Assembly (NCBI RefSeq): GCF_006345805.1
Contig: NC_043024.1
Location: forward strand, 3,162,001 to 3,226,000
DNA: 64,000 nucleotides
Origin: Octopus sinensis
Lineage: Eukaryota
Reading direction: 5' to 3'
In this document: in pieces, positions 61,690 through 64,000 of the stretch
Layout of the letters: each line of letters begins with the position of its first letter
Numbering within the stretch: the first letter of the stretch is position 1
Program-made: the position numbers and the translations under genes
The notes under the pieces: generated by a model
The model's database searches: none
Told to the model about the DNA's origin: nothing
What the model saw: only the letters and a program-made list of their open reading frames with translations

Positions 61690-62560
61690 CACCACTTTGA
61701 TAGGTTTTAGTTGAACAAATTGACCACTGTATTATATTTCTTTTAAGCCAGGTTCTTATTCTATCAGTCTCTTATGATGAACCACTAGATCATGAGGAGA
61801 TAAACAAACCAACACCAGTTGTCAAAAGGCGGTAGACAAATACAAACACAAAAACACACACACATACATATATATACAATGGGCTTCTTTCAGTTTCCAT
61901 CAATCAAATCCACTCACAAAGTTTTGGTTGACCTGAGACTATAGTAAAAGACACCCACCATTTCAGACAGTAGGACTGAACCTGGGACCATGAGGTTGGG
62001 GAGCAAACTTCTTACCACACAACCATACTTTGCACCTATACATACAGTCATCTTTTTTATCATTGAATTTTGCCAAAGAAAAGTGCGAACCTTGCATATG
62101 GCCCACAGTTGACTCGATATAATCTGAACCTCTTTTAGGTAAAGCCATCATACACTTACTTTACTTACTTTACTTTTTACTTGTTTCAGTCATGTGACTG
62201 TGGCCATGCTGGAGCACTGCCTTTAGTTGAGCAAATCGACCCCAGGACTTATTCTTTGTAAGCCAAGTACATATTCTATCGGTCTCTTTTGCTGAACCGC
62301 TAAGTTACGGGGACGTAAACACACCAGCATCAGTTGTCAAGCGATGTTGGGGTGACAAATGCAGACACACGAACATATGCACACATATACATATATATAT
62401 ATGACAGGCTTCTTTCAGTTTCCGTCTACCAAATCCACTCACAAGGCTTTGGTCGGCCCGAGGCTATAGTAGAAGACACTTGCCCGAGGTGCCACACAGT
62501 GGGACTGAACCCGGAACCATGTGGTTCGTAAACAAGCTACTTATCACACAGCCACTCCTA
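61690..62560 (-). mobile_element. Two SINE family A copies
   Basis: Family match at 61690-62040 and 62155-62560. Confidence 0.88.
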
Positions 62561-62927
62561 CGTATGTGCTTAATATAAATTGAGTGCTGTCCAAGCTTTC
62601 AACTAGATGTTCAAATCATGTTAGATCAACTATAGGTCATCTCAATCATCATTATTTTCTTTTAACAAGCCCCTAACAATAAAAAAAAATCAACCATTAT
62701 AGTAGGCTTCTTAAACATACCCCACCACACAACCAAACACACATTCAACCATCATTTATTTGTGCACATGTTCATATTCCTAAGAAATTTTCATTTAAAG
62801 TCAGGTCAAGTCCCATCGCACCGATATGAATTATTCAAAGTAAAAGACTTTTTAAAAGTGTGTGTTGCATTGTCTATATGTTGAAAGACAAAAAAAAACA
62901 CACATTCACAAACAACCAAAAAGAAAG

Positions 62928-62986
<59 letters not shown>

Positions 62987-63111
62987 TATAGTCTTTTTTG
63001 AAGTCTGTGTTGTGTTGTGTTGACAGACTTGCACTTTAAATTACCATGTTTTTAATCAAAACTTGTTAGATGCTATGGTGACGACACTATCTATTTATAC
63101 AAATGGCATTT

Positions 63112-63770
63112 CCATTATAACCTTCGAACAAGGGAGGTCAGCCGCTTCACACTGCCAGTCCGACAGCTACAGACGCGTTTCGGGGTCAATGTAGCGTAGT
63201 CAGACCCGCAGGTGTTGCCACTGACGTCTCTGTTCGAAGGCTTATATTTACCTAGTTTCAGTTATAATGGATATATGTATATATAAGGTTATAATGGATA
63301 CAGATCGTGTATCAATAGCTATCTTAATGGCGGTGGCCTCATGGAGCTGACCATGGCAGCGATTATTCTTATATCTATAAGAATGCCATATTAATATGGC
63401 GATAACAATTAATTTCCAGTAAACGTTGCCGTAATCTCTTTTATAGAGACTTCGTAATTTTAATATTTCTATTATTGAAAACAAGTGGATGTATTCCACT
63501 GAAACTAGGTAAATATAAGCCTTCGAACAGAGATGTCAGTGGCGACACCTGCGGGTCTGACTGCGCTACATTGACAAGGAGCAATACCCCGAAACGCGTC
63601 TGTAGCTGTCGGACTGGCAGTGTGAAGCGGCTGACCTCCCTTGTTCGAAGGTTATAATGGATACAGATCGTGTATCAATAGCTATCTTGATGGCGGTGGC
63701 CTCATGGAGCTGACCATGGCAACAATTATTCTTATATCTATAAGAATGCCATATTAATATGGCGATAACT
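63112..63770 (+). mobile_element. ORF-less hammerhead-containing repeat (363-bp period) with an inverted partial copy; PLE pLTR / retrozyme-like
   Basis: 63285-63406 is repeated at 63648-63769; 63112-63261 is the reverse complement of 63499-63660. Confidence 0.85.
63565..63606 (+). ncRNA. Minimal type I hammerhead, U3:A8 variant
   Basis: GCTACA-TTGACAA-GGAG(CAATA)CCCC-GAAACGCGTC-TGTAGC; predicted cleavage after C63600. Confidence 0.75.
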
Positions 63771-63784
63771 GAAAAAAAAAAGCA

Positions 63785-64000
63785 TCTTTATATAAGAGTG
63801 AAGTTGTGTGTCTGTCTCCTACGATTTAGATTCCTAACTACTCCCACATTTTGCGGTGCAGTTTAACCAAAAGCGGGTATCTTATAGTCGTGATTCATAT
63901 CGAGCCCTTCTGGGTATTAGCGTGCGTCTACGATGAGTCTACGATTTAAAAAAATTTACCATCATATTTTTCCATTTTAATGCATTTTTTTCGCTTTTAT
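63785..64000 (+). mobile_element. Helitron-like 5' end, cut by the window edge
   Basis: A|TCTTTATATAAGAGTGAAGTTGTGTGTCTGTC. Confidence 0.55.

Overview
Eukaryotic genomic DNA, probably octopus/cephalopod (inferred from the SINE families, dense microsatellites and GC-rich expanded rDNA). No confident host protein-coding gene was found. Bases 1-7749 are a damaged or terminal rDNA unit. It begins with a 28S fragment (1-452), followed by a ~1.75-kb non-coding, hairpin-rich insert whose 3' end sits exactly at the R2 target nick (|TAGCCAAATG). Then come the 3' half of 28S (2199-~3720) and an intergenic spacer holding scrambled copies of the R2 target region, ~180-bp subrepeats and three promoter-like repeats. 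The spacer ends abruptly at a SINE. The remaining 56 kb is a transposon graveyard: a young CsRn1-clade Ty3/Gypsy element (LTRs, CATC TSD, tRNA-Trp PBS, intact 1052-aa pol, internally deleted gag), several Penelope-like elements and pseudo-LTRs, two mariners, a Tigger remnant, RTE, CR1 and L1/Tx1-like LINE pieces, piggyBac and hAT MITEs, Helitron-like foldbacks and many modular tRNA-derived SINEs. Three observations stand out. (1) The ORF-less R2-site insert. (2) At least three, possibly four, unrelated minimal type I hammerhead ribozymes all carrying the non-canonical compensatory U3:A8 core (UUGANAA). (3) One of these lies in a 363-bp ORF-less, retrozyme-like repeat. All motifs were read by eye; no alignments or folding programs were run.
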